Positions 9,947 through 19,939 of a stretch of DNA of 64,000 bases are shown piece by piece. The DNA is taken from assembly GCA_963754925.1 (NCBI GenBank), contig CAVWHX010000011.1:32001-96000 (forward strand), read 5' to 3'. The notes below the pieces were generated by a model. It was given only the letters and a program-made list of their open reading frames with translations, searched no databases and was not told the origin of the DNA. The position numbers and the translations under genes were made by a program. Numbering within the stretch: the stretch's first letter is position 1; every line of letters begins with the position of its first letter. The stretch is from an uncultured delta proteobacterium (GTDB taxonomy: Bacteria > Myxococcota > B64-G9).

Positions 9947-12043
9947 TTAATTCGCTAGATGTGTGGAGATAATCTCGGCGACGTCGTAAACTTTGTGGTT
10001 CTCTTCCTGATTGCGGGCCTTGAGGCCGTCGCTTATCATAGTCAGACAGAACGGACAGGCCACCGACAGATTCTTTGCGCCCGTCGCGAGGAGCTGATCG
10101 GTGCGCTCTTCGTTAATGCGTTTGCCAAGATGCTCTTCCATCCACATTCTGCCCCCACCGGCCCCACAGCAGAAGCCCTTCCGCTTCTTTCGAGAGGCTT
10201 CCCGAAGCTCGAGTCCGGGAACGGCCTTCAAAACCCGACGCGGGGCGGCATAAATGTCATTGTAACGTCCCAGGTAGCAGGAGTCGTGGAAGGCCACCGA
10301 ACCGATTCCATTGCTCTTGATCTTGAGCCGGCCATCGGCGAGAAGGCCGGCGATGTACTCAGTGTGATGGTACACCTCGAAGTTCCCGCCAAAGGTCGGA
10401 TACTCGTTTTTCAGGCAGTTATAGCCGTGGGGACAGGTCGTAACGATCTTCTTAACCTTGTAGCCCTTGAGGGTTTCTATATTCCCGGTGATCAACGTCT
10501 GGGCAAGCAACTCGTTCCCTGTTCGCCGAGCGGTTTCGCCGCAACACTTCTCCTCGGTGCCGAGCACTCTGAACTTAACGTTTGCCGCTTGCAGGATCTT
10601 AATAAAAGCCTTGGTGACTTTAATCGCGCGATCGTCAAACGATCCGTGGCACCCTACCCAGAACAGAATTTCATGCTCGGGGTCATCGGAGAGTTGCTTG
10701 ATATCCATACCCTGCGCCCAGTCAAACCGCTTGTTGCTGCCAAACGCCAAGTAGTTGCCGTTGTTCTCGAGGCCTTTGAAAACCTTGACAACTTCTTGCG
10801 GGAAGGAACTTTCCATCATGGTGAGGTATTGGCGCATGCCGACGATGGCATCGAGGTGCTCGATCCCCATCGGGCAGTTCGCTTCACAGGCCCGGCAGGT
10901 TGTGCACGACCACAGAACATCGCCGGTGATAACATCGCCATGGATGTTCTTGACGCCCGCGGCTGCGGCTTCACTCGAAGCATTCTCGCCCGCGGCCTGC
11001 GCGTGCTCCCCGCCGTTTCCCTTGGCGGCTGCCGCAGCGTTACGCTTGAGGGCATAGACTTCCTCCATTTGCTTCTTAATGTCCTGGATGACCTTTTTGG
11101 GGTTGAGCGGTTTTTCGGTCAGCTTAGCCGGGCAGTTCTCCTGGCAGCGGCCGCACCGAATGCACGCGTCGGCATCGAGCAACTGCTTCCAGGTAAAATC
11201 CTCGAGCTTGGCGAGCCCGAAACTCTCGGCATTTTCATCCTCCACGTTGAGTTTGTTGATGATGCCGCGGTGTTTGGAGCTTCTGAAAAACAGGTTGGTC
11301 ATACCGGCGAAGATGTGCCACAACTTCGAAAACGGCAGGTAGGCGACCCAGAACATTACCAGGAACAGGTGCGTCCACCAGGTAACCATATGCACCGACG
11401 CCAGCGTTTCTTTGTTGGCGTTCCAAAACAACTGGGCCGTGAGGTATGACAAAAATGAATAGGGCGCCCACCAGGGTTGGTCGTGTGCCAACCGGAGCGC
11501 TTGGAGGAAATGGCCGGTCAGCAGGATCACGGCTATGAGCGCTAGGGCAAAAAAATCGTCGCCGTCATTATCGAGGTAGGCCGATTTGACGACATAACGG
11601 CGGATAAAGGCAAAGAATACCCCGCCGATGGCAGCCAGTCCGAACACGTTGAGAACGATGGTGAATCCCCAGTAGAAGTAACTCGGCGTACTGAGAACCG
11701 GAAGCCCCAAGTCCGCTTCAAGCACCACGATGCAGGTCCCGATGAACAACACCACGAATCCAAAAAAAAGCATCGCATGAATCGCACCGGGAATGAGCTC
11801 GCGCAAGACCAAACGCTGCAGAAAGGTATCCCACCCCATCCAGAAGGCGCGACCGACAACTCCATCGAATCGATTTTCGGGTTTACCCTGCAACCACATC
11901 TTGACCCGGTGATAAACCCCGTAACTGAAAACTGAAACTGCCGCGACCACGAAAAGATAGAGAATCAAATGCCCGTGGATGTTCCAGTAAACTTGACGAG
12001 AAGGCAGCGGGAGCGTTTGACTCAGGAGCGCGTCTAGAAGCAT
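9947..12043 (-). CDS. Membrane Fe-S oxidoreductase, FadF/HdrD-like
   Basis: N-terminal TM helices, CIRCGRCQENCP, CTTCRACEANCP, two CCG domains. Confidence 0.9.
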   Translation of the reverse strand: MLLDALLSQTLPLPSRQVYWNIHGHLILYLFVVAAVSVFSYGVYHRVKMWLQGKPENRFDGVVGRAFWMGWDTFLQRLVLRELIPGAIHAMLFFGFVVLFIGTCIVVLEADLGLPVLSTPSYFYWGFTIVLNVFGLAAIGGVFFAFIRRYVVKSAYLDNDGDDFFALALIAVILLTGHFLQALRLAHDQPWWAPYSFLSYLTAQLFWNANKETLASVHMVTWWTHLFLVMFWVAYLPFSKLWHIFAGMTNLFFRSSKHRGIINKLNVEDENAESFGLAKLEDFTWKQLLDADACIRCGRCQENCPAKLTEKPLNPKKVIQDIKKQMEEVYALKRNAAAAAKGNGGEHAQAAGENASSEAAAAGVKNIHGDVITGDVLWSCTTCRACEANCPMGIEHLDAIVGMRQYLTMMESSFPQEVVKVFKGLENNGNYLAFGSNKRFDWAQGMDIKQLSDDPEHEILFWVGCHGSFDDRAIKVTKAFIKILQAANVKFRVLGTEEKCCGETARRTGNELLAQTLITGNIETLKGYKVKKIVTTCPHGYNCLKNEYPTFGGNFEVYHHTEYIAGLLADGRLKIKSNGIGSVAFHDSCYLGRYNDIYAAPRRVLKAVPGLELREASRKKRKGFCCGAGGGRMWMEEHLGKRINEERTDQLLATGAKNLSVACPFCLTMISDGLKARNQEENHKVYDVAEIISTHLAN

Positions 12044-12249
12044 TTCGTCACCCTCCACGTAATAAGAGGAAAAAGAACCGGGTTCAAACACGTTTCGACC
12101 ATAACCGGAGATGTTGATATCTCAGTCAACTTTCACTGTCAAGCAGAAAAGGTCTCCCCAACAGTGTTTGACACTACCTGGTTGTCCTGTGGTAAAGGTC
12201 TTTCATCATGATCAATTTAGCAATCAACGACCACTTTAAGGACACCAGA

Positions 12250-13257
12250 ATGAGCCGTTCGACTTCAAGCAGCAACGTCACCAGCGAAGAGCTCAAGGCT
12301 ATGGTCGGCAAGCGTACCCTGGACCAACCGGTCCTCGATATGTCCCCGTATATTGATCGCCTGGTGCAGACCTATGGCGACAGAATACTCGGCATCTTTA
12401 TGTATGGTTCGATGCTCTCCGAAGTGACCAAATCGTCTACCTCGTTTCCGGATTTTTTCGTCGTTACCGACAGCTACCACAACGTGTTTCGAAAGCTCAG
12501 TCATCGGATACTCGCCTACCCGCTCCCTCCGCATATCTATCACCTGCGCCTGAATGAGGCCGATCGCTGTAAGTATAACCTCCTCGCTCTGCGGCGATTT
12601 CAACGCGAAACATCCAAGCGCGCCGCGGATGTGTATATTTTCGGCCGGTTTGGCAAACGCGTTTCACTCCTGTACGCCCGCGATGAAAAAGCTCAAAAAG
12701 ACCTCATCAATTGCTGCTTCTGTGCCATGCGCACGGTCGCTTGGTGGAGCGCGCGCGGAATTGGTGACGAACCGTTTGATGAAACGCAATTCACGCTCGC
12801 GTGTTTGAACCTTTCCTATGCCGGTGAGACCCGGGTGGAAGCTACCTCTAAGGTCCCTAAACTATTTGCCTCTGAACAAAGTTTTTATATGCGGATCTAT
12901 CCAGCGTTATTGCGAGAACTCGTTGCAACCACCCGTTGGGTGCGGTTACGCCCCGACGGACGTTACGAGCTTTACGGCAGCAGCGTCGCCCGCCGGCTGC
13001 GAAACGCGAGGTTCCAGTGGTTTCTCAAGCTCAGCCGAATCCGCGGGATCCTTCGTTGGCCGAAGTTCCTGGTGACCGTTGACGAATGGGTGGACATCAT
13101 TTTAGCAAAGATCGAACGCACCAAAGGCATAAAACTCGATCCAACTCCGGCCGCGCGCCGTCATCCCCTGATCTTCGGCTGGCCGTACCTCTTTCGCCTT
13201 ATCCGCGCGAAAGCGATTGGATCTTCGAAAACACTTCCAGAAAAACAGTTCAAATAG
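12250..13257 (+). CDS. Nucleotidyltransferase-fold protein, Tam41/phosphatidate cytidylyltransferase-like
   Basis: YGS...DFFVV, YIFGRF-K, LSYAGETRVE. Confidence 0.55.
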   Translation: MSRSTSSSNVTSEELKAMVGKRTLDQPVLDMSPYIDRLVQTYGDRILGIFMYGSMLSEVTKSSTSFPDFFVVTDSYHNVFRKLSHRILAYPLPPHIYHLRLNEADRCKYNLLALRRFQRETSKRAADVYIFGRFGKRVSLLYARDEKAQKDLINCCFCAMRTVAWWSARGIGDEPFDETQFTLACLNLSYAGETRVEATSKVPKLFASEQSFYMRIYPALLRELVATTRWVRLRPDGRYELYGSSVARRLRNARFQWFLKLSRIRGILRWPKFLVTVDEWVDIILAKIERTKGIKLDPTPAARRHPLIFGWPYLFRLIRAKAIGSSKTLPEKQFK

Positions 13258-13399
13258 CTAAAACCCCCTTCGAGCACCGAGAGCAATCGAAGAAATTGCT
13301 TGAGCTAATATTTCTATTGACTCATTTGTCAATGACGTCCTATATTGACAGTGTGTCAGATTAAAAATCATTCACACCGGTTTTGCCGAGGAGGTCCCG

Positions 13400-15244
13400 A
13401 TGAGTCCCTTTGCCGTTGACAAACGCGACATACAGTTTTGTTTGTATGAGTACCTCAACATCGAGCAACTATTAACTTTTCCAGCCTATTCAGAGTTTAG
13501 CCGTGACGTATTCGACTCGGTGCTCGACGAGGCCATCAGGTTCGCAGCCGGAAAAATCGCCCCGCTCAATATCATTATGGATAGGGAAGGTCTCAAGTTT
13601 GACAAGGGCAACGTCTCCCTCACCCGCGGGTATAAGGAAGTTTATAAATCCTTCTGCGAAGGCGGTTGGGTGGGGATATCCGCTCCTCCCGAACACGGTG
13701 GGCAAGGAATGCCGGCAGTGATATCCACAGCAGTCGGAGAGATCCATACCTCGGCTTCCGTCGCGTATACCATGCTGCCGGGTCTGACTCGCTCGGCGGG
13801 CCATGTAATAGAATCCTACGGCACCGACGAACAAAAGAAAATGTATTGCGAGAAGCTCTGCAGCGGTGTGTGGGGCGGCACGATGTGCCTGACCGAGTCC
13901 AGCGCCGGCTCGGCGGCCGGAGACGCCAAGACCAAGGCCAAACGCAACGGCGATCACTACCTCATCGAGGGCGAGAAGATTTTCATCACCGCCGGCGATC
14001 ACGATGCCACCGAGAATATCGTTCACCTGGTGTTGGCCCGCATCGAGGGCGCTCCGCGCGGGATGAAGGGCATCAGCCTGTTCATCGTCCCGAAATTCCT
14101 GGTCAACCAGAACGGCTCCCGGGGCGCCTTTAACAATGTCGCGTGCGGCAATATCGAACACAAGATGGGCATCCATGGTTCGCCGACGTGTACGATGGTT
14201 TTCGGAGCGGACGGTCCCTGCAAGGGTTGGGTGATCGGCGAGGAAAACGCTGGCATCAAATATATGTTCATGATGATGAACGAGGCCCGCATCGGCGTCG
14301 GCCTTCAAGGCGCGGCCGCCGCGACCGCATCGTACTTGGAGGCCGTGCAGTACGCCAGAGAACGCATCCAAGGCGTTGAAGCCGCGCAGATGAAAAATGT
14401 TGACGCTCCGCGCGTGCCGATCATCAACCACCCCGATGTCAAACGCATGCTCCTCACCATGAAGGCCTTTACAGAAGGGTTTCGGGCGCTGCTCTATTCC
14501 ACCACGATGAGTATGGATATCTCCTTCACGCACCCGGATGCGGCTGAGCGAGAGAAACACGCAGACCTGACGTCATTGCTCACCCCGGTCTGCAAGGCGT
14601 TCTGTTCGGACATGGGCTTCCGCATGACTGAGATCGGGATGCAGGTATTCGGCGGGTACGGATACACGCGTGAATACCCCCAAGAGCAGTATTGCCGCGA
14701 TGCAAAGATTGCCTCGATTTACGAAGGCACCAACGGTATTCAGGCGCTCGATTTGCTGGGCCGAAAAATGCGGGAGAAGGGCGGCATGGTCTTCATGCGC
14801 TTTTTGTCGATGGTCAACGAGCTCATCGACGCCCAACGCAATCACGCAGGCTTAGGAACGTACGTACAAAGCCTCGAAAAAGCGCGCGACGAGCTCATCA
14901 GCGTCATGACGCACCTGCAGCAGGTCGGCATGGGCGGCGATATCAACGGCTTTGTGCTCCAGGCAACTCCGTTGATGGATCTGTTCGGCACGTTCGTCGT
15001 CGCCTATTATTTGATAGGTCAAGCGGTGGTGGCCGACCGTCGTCTGTCTGAGATTGCAGCGTCGAAGGGCGCAACCACTCCCGATGCGCAGAAGAAACTT
15101 ATCGGCGAAAATTCCGAAGCGCGTTTCTACGCCAACAAGCTCCACAGCATGAAGTTTTATGTGGATTCCTGCCTGCCCCATGTCTATTCGGTCGGTACGG
15201 CGATTAAAAACGCCAACCGCAGTCCGCTGGAGATAGTATTTTAG
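13400..15244 (+). CDS. Acyl-CoA dehydrogenase
   Basis: GTMCLTE, KIFIT, HKMGI, MNEAR, GGYGY, IYEGTNGIQ. Confidence 0.95.
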   Translation: MSPFAVDKRDIQFCLYEYLNIEQLLTFPAYSEFSRDVFDSVLDEAIRFAAGKIAPLNIIMDREGLKFDKGNVSLTRGYKEVYKSFCEGGWVGISAPPEHGGQGMPAVISTAVGEIHTSASVAYTMLPGLTRSAGHVIESYGTDEQKKMYCEKLCSGVWGGTMCLTESSAGSAAGDAKTKAKRNGDHYLIEGEKIFITAGDHDATENIVHLVLARIEGAPRGMKGISLFIVPKFLVNQNGSRGAFNNVACGNIEHKMGIHGSPTCTMVFGADGPCKGWVIGEENAGIKYMFMMMNEARIGVGLQGAAAATASYLEAVQYARERIQGVEAAQMKNVDAPRVPIINHPDVKRMLLTMKAFTEGFRALLYSTTMSMDISFTHPDAAEREKHADLTSLLTPVCKAFCSDMGFRMTEIGMQVFGGYGYTREYPQEQYCRDAKIASIYEGTNGIQALDLLGRKMREKGGMVFMRFLSMVNELIDAQRNHAGLGTYVQSLEKARDELISVMTHLQQVGMGGDINGFVLQATPLMDLFGTFVVAYYLIGQAVVADRRLSEIAASKGATTPDAQKKLIGENSEARFYANKLHSMKFYVDSCLPHVYSVGTAIKNANRSPLEIVF

Positions 15245-15292
15245 AGGCTGTTACGACCGAAGGGAGTTACAGCCTCTTACCCCCGAAGGGGG
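15242..15292 (-). repeat. Two-hairpin repeat family, copy A
   Basis: rc: cccccttcggggg-TAAGAGGCTGT-aactcccttcggtcgt-AACAGCCTCTA. Confidence 0.85.
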
Positions 15293-15306
15293 CTAGAGAT
15301 AGTATC

Positions 15307-16530
15307 ATGCCGCCGCGGAGCCGAATCTTACTCATCTGTCTCTGGGTGGTGTCTTTTATTCTGTGCGTGCTCCTACCCATACGCGCCGATTACCGCACCC
15401 ATGACCCTGACTCCACGCTCTATGCACAGATGTCCTTTGATCTAGCCCAGCGTCCGTTTTCCGAGTGGGCCGCTCCCGAGTGGAATGACCACTGGGAGCG
15501 CCAGGGCCTCTTCTTTGAGCATCCGCCGGGATTGCTTTGGTTGGGAGCAGCGCTCATACGCTTGGGCGTTCCCGAGTTCCAAGCGTTATATTGCATAAAC
15601 TTTTTATGTTACTTCCTGAGCCTCTTATTGCTCAGCAGGCTGGCAAAGGGATGGCCCTCATCAAACACGCGCGATGATACCGAACAGAACCTGGACGTGA
15701 TGGTGCCGCTCTTCTGGATGCTGACCCCTGGGTTTTGTCAATACGTGGTACGCGGCAACCACGAACATCCCCTGGCCTTGACCGTCGTAATGACCATGGT
15801 TGTCCTCATCGGCGCAACGCAACGGGGGTTGCTGGCATCGGCCGGGTTGTGGTCCCTAGCATTGCTCGTCGCGATATTTGTCAAGGGACTTTCTGGGGTT
15901 GCGCTGGTGCTCATATACGTTTTGTTGGTGGTCCTTTTTCAGCGCGATCGACGTTCATTACTGGTTTTTATTATTGGCCTGCTGGCGGCGGTAGCCGGCT
16001 GGATAGCATTTGAGCGCTGGTATGTGACTCAGACCGGGGTCCATTTTTTGACCAACTACCTGAGCGTTCAGGTTTCGCGATCGGTTGGCGAGTTCGGCAT
16101 CATGGTAGTGTTTCAAAAGCTGTATAATCTGGTCTACTACCTTGGCCGTCCGTTGTGGTTTTTTGCTCCGTGGCTGTATTTTATTCTCTATGCTCTCTAT
16201 AGAAAGGTAGCTTTCAAAGAACCGCTCGGCAACGATCTTAGGTGGTGGAGTGGTCTGGTGGTCGCCACGGTCTTTATCGTGGGCTTTTCGCTTGCCGACC
16301 GGAAAGCAGATCGCTACATTTTCCCCTGCTATCCAATCCTGGCCATAAGCGCCGCATGGCTGATGGCTCATGCGACCTGGCGCTGGTGCGAGGCTATTCG
16401 ACGGTTCATCCGACGTCATCACGCTTGGATCGAGTTCGCCATGCCGGTATTTTTGATCGTGGCCGTTTGCGTTGAGATGTACTTTGGAACATACCACTAT
16501 CGGTTCATTCACCTCTGGCCGGGCGTATGA
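15307..16530 (+). CDS. ArnT/PMT-like membrane glycosyltransferase
   Basis: D-TLY, FFEHPP, KG, RYIFP motifs; multiple TM helices. Confidence 0.8.
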   Translation: MPPRSRILLICLWVVSFILCVLLPIRADYRTHDPDSTLYAQMSFDLAQRPFSEWAAPEWNDHWERQGLFFEHPPGLLWLGAALIRLGVPEFQALYCINFLCYFLSLLLLSRLAKGWPSSNTRDDTEQNLDVMVPLFWMLTPGFCQYVVRGNHEHPLALTVVMTMVVLIGATQRGLLASAGLWSLALLVAIFVKGLSGVALVLIYVLLVVLFQRDRRSLLVFIIGLLAAVAGWIAFERWYVTQTGVHFLTNYLSVQVSRSVGEFGIMVVFQKLYNLVYYLGRPLWFFAPWLYFILYALYRKVAFKEPLGNDLRWWSGLVVATVFIVGFSLADRKADRYIFPCYPILAISAAWLMAHATWRWCEAIRRFIRRHHAWIEFAMPVFLIVAVCVEMYFGTYHYRFIHLWPGV

Positions 16531-16532
16531 GA

Positions 16533-17507
16533 TCACTCATAGCGCTTCAGCTTCTCGATCAATTTACGGCCCTCATCATCGAGACGGCGCGGAATGGCGA
16601 TACGCACCCGGGCATACAAGTCGCCGCGCTCGCCGCCTTTGCGTGGAAGGCCTTTGCCTTTCAGCCGCATCCGCTGTCCGCCCTGCGTGCCGGCCGGGAT
16701 CTTCAACTCGACGCTGCCGTCAAGAGTCGCAACCGACGCTTCCCCGCCCAGCGCCGCAACCGAAAACGGAACGGTTATGTCCGTGGTGAGATTGTCCCCC
16801 TCGCGTACAAAGCGCTCATCGGGCTCAAACATAATCTCAATGAGCAAATCGCCCGGGGGGCCGCCTCTGACACCCGGCCCACCCTTGCCCGCCAGGCGAA
16901 TCCGCTGGCCTTCGCGAATGGCCGATGGGATTTTCACCGTTAACGTCTCGCTGCTGCCGGTTTCACCCGTGATGGTAATTTTGCGTTCACCGCCCTGGAG
17001 CGCATCAGTCATGCCAATGGCCAGACGCGATTGGATATCCTCGCCCCGCTCCGGAGTTGCGGCCTTGCGCCGCCGCGTCCGTCCGCCCCCGAAAAGTCCG
17101 CCCAGGATATCGTTGAGGTTAAGGTCGCCGAAAATCTCCTCGCCGTTGATCGTTGTGCGCCTATTAGCTTGGCCCTGCCGAAAAAAGTCCTCGGGAAATC
17201 CCTGGCCCGGCCCGGGCCGAAAGCCCCCAAAATTGGGGCCCCCCGTCCCCGGAGGAGGCCCCTGCTTATACCCTGCCTTCCAGGCTTCGTGACCAACCTG
17301 GTTATAGATATCGCGCTGTTTTTTATCGGAGAGCACTTCGTAGGCTTCAGAAATCTCTTTGAAACGCTCTTCGGCCGCCTTGTTGCCGGCGTTCATATCC
17401 GGGTGGTTCTTGCGCGCCAAGCGCCGATAGGCGCTTTTGATCTCCTTCTCGGAAGCCCCTTTTTTGACGCCGAGGATGTCATAGTAGGTTCGCATCGTGG
17501 ACGACAA
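16533..17507 (-). CDS. Class B J-domain protein (CbpA/DnaJ2-like)
   Basis: HPD motif, G/F region, DnaJ C-terminal domain, no zinc finger. Confidence 0.93.
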   Translation of the reverse strand: MSSTMRTYYDILGVKKGASEKEIKSAYRRLARKNHPDMNAGNKAAEERFKEISEAYEVLSDKKQRDIYNQVGHEAWKAGYKQGPPPGTGGPNFGGFRPGPGQGFPEDFFRQGQANRRTTINGEEIFGDLNLNDILGGLFGGGRTRRRKAATPERGEDIQSRLAIGMTDALQGGERKITITGETGSSETLTVKIPSAIREGQRIRLAGKGGPGVRGGPPGDLLIEIMFEPDERFVREGDNLTTDITVPFSVAALGGEASVATLDGSVELKIPAGTQGGQRMRLKGKGLPRKGGERGDLYARVRIAIPRRLDDEGRKLIEKLKRYE

Positions 17508-17509
17508 CT

Positions 17510-17953
17510 CTACTTAGTCTGCACTTCTATCTTGCGTCCCTTGGGTTCGAGGAATGGAATCACAATGCACAGCAAGCCTGATTCGTAGGTCGCCTCAATG
17601 CGCGTGGGATCGACAGACGCCGGTAAATCAACGATGCGCTTGAAGGGACCGTGTTGCCGTTCCACCCGGTGGAACGCAGCTTGCTCCATTTGAAAAGGGG
17701 TGGAACGCTCGCCGCGGATCACCAGCTGACCGCTGTTGACCTCGATATCGATGTCCTGGCGATCCATCCCGGGGAGTTCGGCCTCGAGCACCAACCCGTC
17801 GTCGGTCTCAAAGAAATCAACCGGCGGGGCCCAGTACGCGCGTCCAACTCCGGAACCCGGCAATTGATCGCGAAAGCTCCGATCGAAAAGATCGTTGAAA
17901 CGGTTACGAAGCTTGATGAGGTCTTCGACGGGATCCCATTTGTCCATTGGCAC
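17510..17953 (-). CDS. Hsp20/alpha-crystallin small heat shock protein
   Basis: PPVD, ELPG, ER-HG-F-R, A-YESGLL. Confidence 0.93.
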   Translation of the reverse strand: MPMDKWDPVEDLIKLRNRFNDLFDRSFRDQLPGSGVGRAYWAPPVDFFETDDGLVLEAELPGMDRQDIDIEVNSGQLVIRGERSTPFQMEQAAFHRVERQHGPFKRIVDLPASVDPTRIEATYESGLLCIVIPFLEPKGRKIEVQTK

Positions 17954-18306
17954 GATCCACTCCTTCCGTGTCTCAGTGCGGTCTTACTGTAGCACAACCT
18001 GACGCCCTGTCAAAGACTCTCCTACTCTTCTTTAGGTTGCACGCCCCTCACCTTCGCCTCGCGGATCCAATCGCGCAGCAAGCAAACCGACGCGCTTTTA
18101 GGGAGAGTAAAAGCACTTCTGCCGGATGAAGGTTGATTGACGGTGCGTGCGGAAACAAAACACTAGATGTCTCAGATGTGAAAGGTGGGGTCAGCGCAAA
18201 GAATATTGTGAATATCGGAGCAACGTCCCTAAGTTTTCTCGAAATGACGCGACGTCCCCACCAGTTGATTTATCATAACAAGATATTGTTATAGAAGCCC
18301 GGAACC

Positions 18307-18594
18307 TCAATGCTGAATGGAGAAGTTGTGCTCTTCTGCTCGAGCAGGTCCCCAGTTCACCGATACCGAATCGACGCGCGAGAAGTCAGGACCGTGTCGA
18401 CACCACTCCAAGAAACGCTCCAAAACCGCGCGCTCCCCTTCCGCCTCGATCTCGACGCTGCCGTCGGGCGCGTTGCGCACCCAGCCGACGAGCCCCATTC
18501 CCGCCGCCACCCGCCGGGTAGTCCAACGAAATCCGACGCCTTGCACCCTACCGCTAACCTTAATCGATAGTCGCGCTCTCTCGTTGTCAGCCAC
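18307..18594 (-). CDS. acyP: Acylphosphatase
   Basis: GRVQGVGFR, GWVRN-DGSVE. Confidence 0.95.
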   Translation of the reverse strand: MADNERARLSIKVSGRVQGVGFRWTTRRVAAGMGLVGWVRNAPDGSVEIEAEGERAVLERFLEWCRHGPDFSRVDSVSVNWGPARAEEHNFSIQH

Positions 18595-18619
18595 GGTCGA
18601 TTAACTCCCCTGAAAACAG

Positions 18620-19939
18620 TTACAGAACGTTCGCGGCCAGCTCGGCCAATTCGCTGCGCTCACCCTTGCGCAGGGTAATATGACCGGAGATGGACTCGCC
18701 CTTGAAGCGATTGACGAGATAGGATAGCCCGTTATTTGCCGAATCAACGTACGGGTTATCGATCTGGTACAGATCGCCGGTCAAGACGACTTTCGTCTGA
18801 TCGCCGGCCCGGGTGACTATGGTTTTTACTTCGTGCGGGGTGAGATTCTGGGCCTCGTCGACAATAATATATTGATTGGGAATGCTCCGGCCGCGGATGT
18901 AGGTCAAAGGCTCGATCTCAATCAGATCCATGTCAATGAGCTCGCGATAGCTGCGACCCTGGTGCTTGTCCTTGTGACTCAGGTTCATGAGCAACTCGAT
19001 ATTGTCAAAAATCGGCTGCATCCAGGGGTTGAGCTTCTCCTCGATATCGCCCGGTAAAAAACCAATATCCCGGCCAAGCGGAAAAATCGGGCGGGAGACC
19101 AGCAGCCGTTGGAACACTCCCTCCTCCGAGGTTTTATGCAAACCGGCGGCAAGCGCGAGTAAGGTCTTACCGGTTCCGGCCTTGCCCACCAGGGTGACGA
19201 TCTTGATGCGATCGTCGAGCAACAAATCCACCGCAAAACTCTGCTCGCGGTTGCGCGGCGAGATGCCCCACAGGCTGCCGCGCGGTTTAATCAGCGGCAC
19301 CACCCGCTGGCCGTCCACGTCCACCCGCGCGATGGCCGATTGCGTGTCGCCTTCGAGATCCTTAAACTGAAGAAACTGGTTGGGGAACGCCTCGGCGGCG
19401 CCCACATCGGCGAGCGCCAGGCTGCCTTTGCTGTAGAACGCATCTATCATCTGACTGCGCACCTGCAATTCCTGCATGCCGGTGTAGATCTCGTCAACCG
19501 GCAGGCGCTCGGTGTCATAATCATGGCATTCAATGCCCAGGACATCGGCCTTGATGCGCAGGTTGGTGTCCTTCGTGATGAAAATGCAGGGCCGTTCCCG
19601 CTCGCGCTCCTTCAGGTCGAACGCCACCGCCAGAATACGGTGGTCCATCTTCTCATTGATCCCCAGCTCAGCCGGCAATTCTCGGCCGGTGAACAACACG
19701 CGCAGGCGACCCTTGTTGGGGAGGTCAACTCCTTCGACCAACTTGCCGGTCTGGCGCAGCTCGTCGATCATCCTGCCGACCACCCGAGCATTGCGGCCCA
19801 GCTCGGACAATTCCTTCTTGAACCGATCGATCTCCTCGATCACGTAAATCGGAATGACGATTTCGTTGTCGCCAAATGCCAGCAAGGCATTCGGATCGTG
19901 CAGCAAGACATTGGTGTCCAGAACGAAGTTTTTCCTCAT
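18620..19939 (-). CDS. PIN-PhoH (PhoH2) family protein
   Basis: LDTNVLLHD PIN domain; GKAGTGKT, RGRS, DEAQN. Confidence 0.93.
   Translation of the reverse strand: MRKNFVLDTNVLLHDPNALLAFGDNEIVIPIYVIEEIDRFKKELSELGRNARVVGRMIDELRQTGKLVEGVDLPNKGRLRVLFTGRELPAELGINEKMDHRILAVAFDLKERERERPCIFITKDTNLRIKADVLGIECHDYDTERLPVDEIYTGMQELQVRSQMIDAFYSKGSLALADVGAAEAFPNQFLQFKDLEGDTQSAIARVDVDGQRVVPLIKPRGSLWGISPRNREQSFAVDLLLDDRIKIVTLVGKAGTGKTLLALAAGLHKTSEEGVFQRLLVSRPIFPLGRDIGFLPGDIEEKLNPWMQPIFDNIELLMNLSHKDKHQGRSYRELIDMDLIEIEPLTYIRGRSIPNQYIIVDEAQNLTPHEVKTIVTRAGDQTKVVLTGDLYQIDNPYVDSANNGLSYLVNRFKGESISGHITLRKGERSELAELAANVL

Noticed and set aside
9959..11449. Long antisense ORFs (also 3471-4442, 13490-14560, 48887-49933, 57183-58433)
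   Set aside because: Shadows of well-supported genes on the opposite strand in GC-rich DNA
18215..18262. Two GC(A/G)ACGTCCC motifs as ends of a RAYT-like element
   Set aside because: Too short, and no associated transposase remnant could be read
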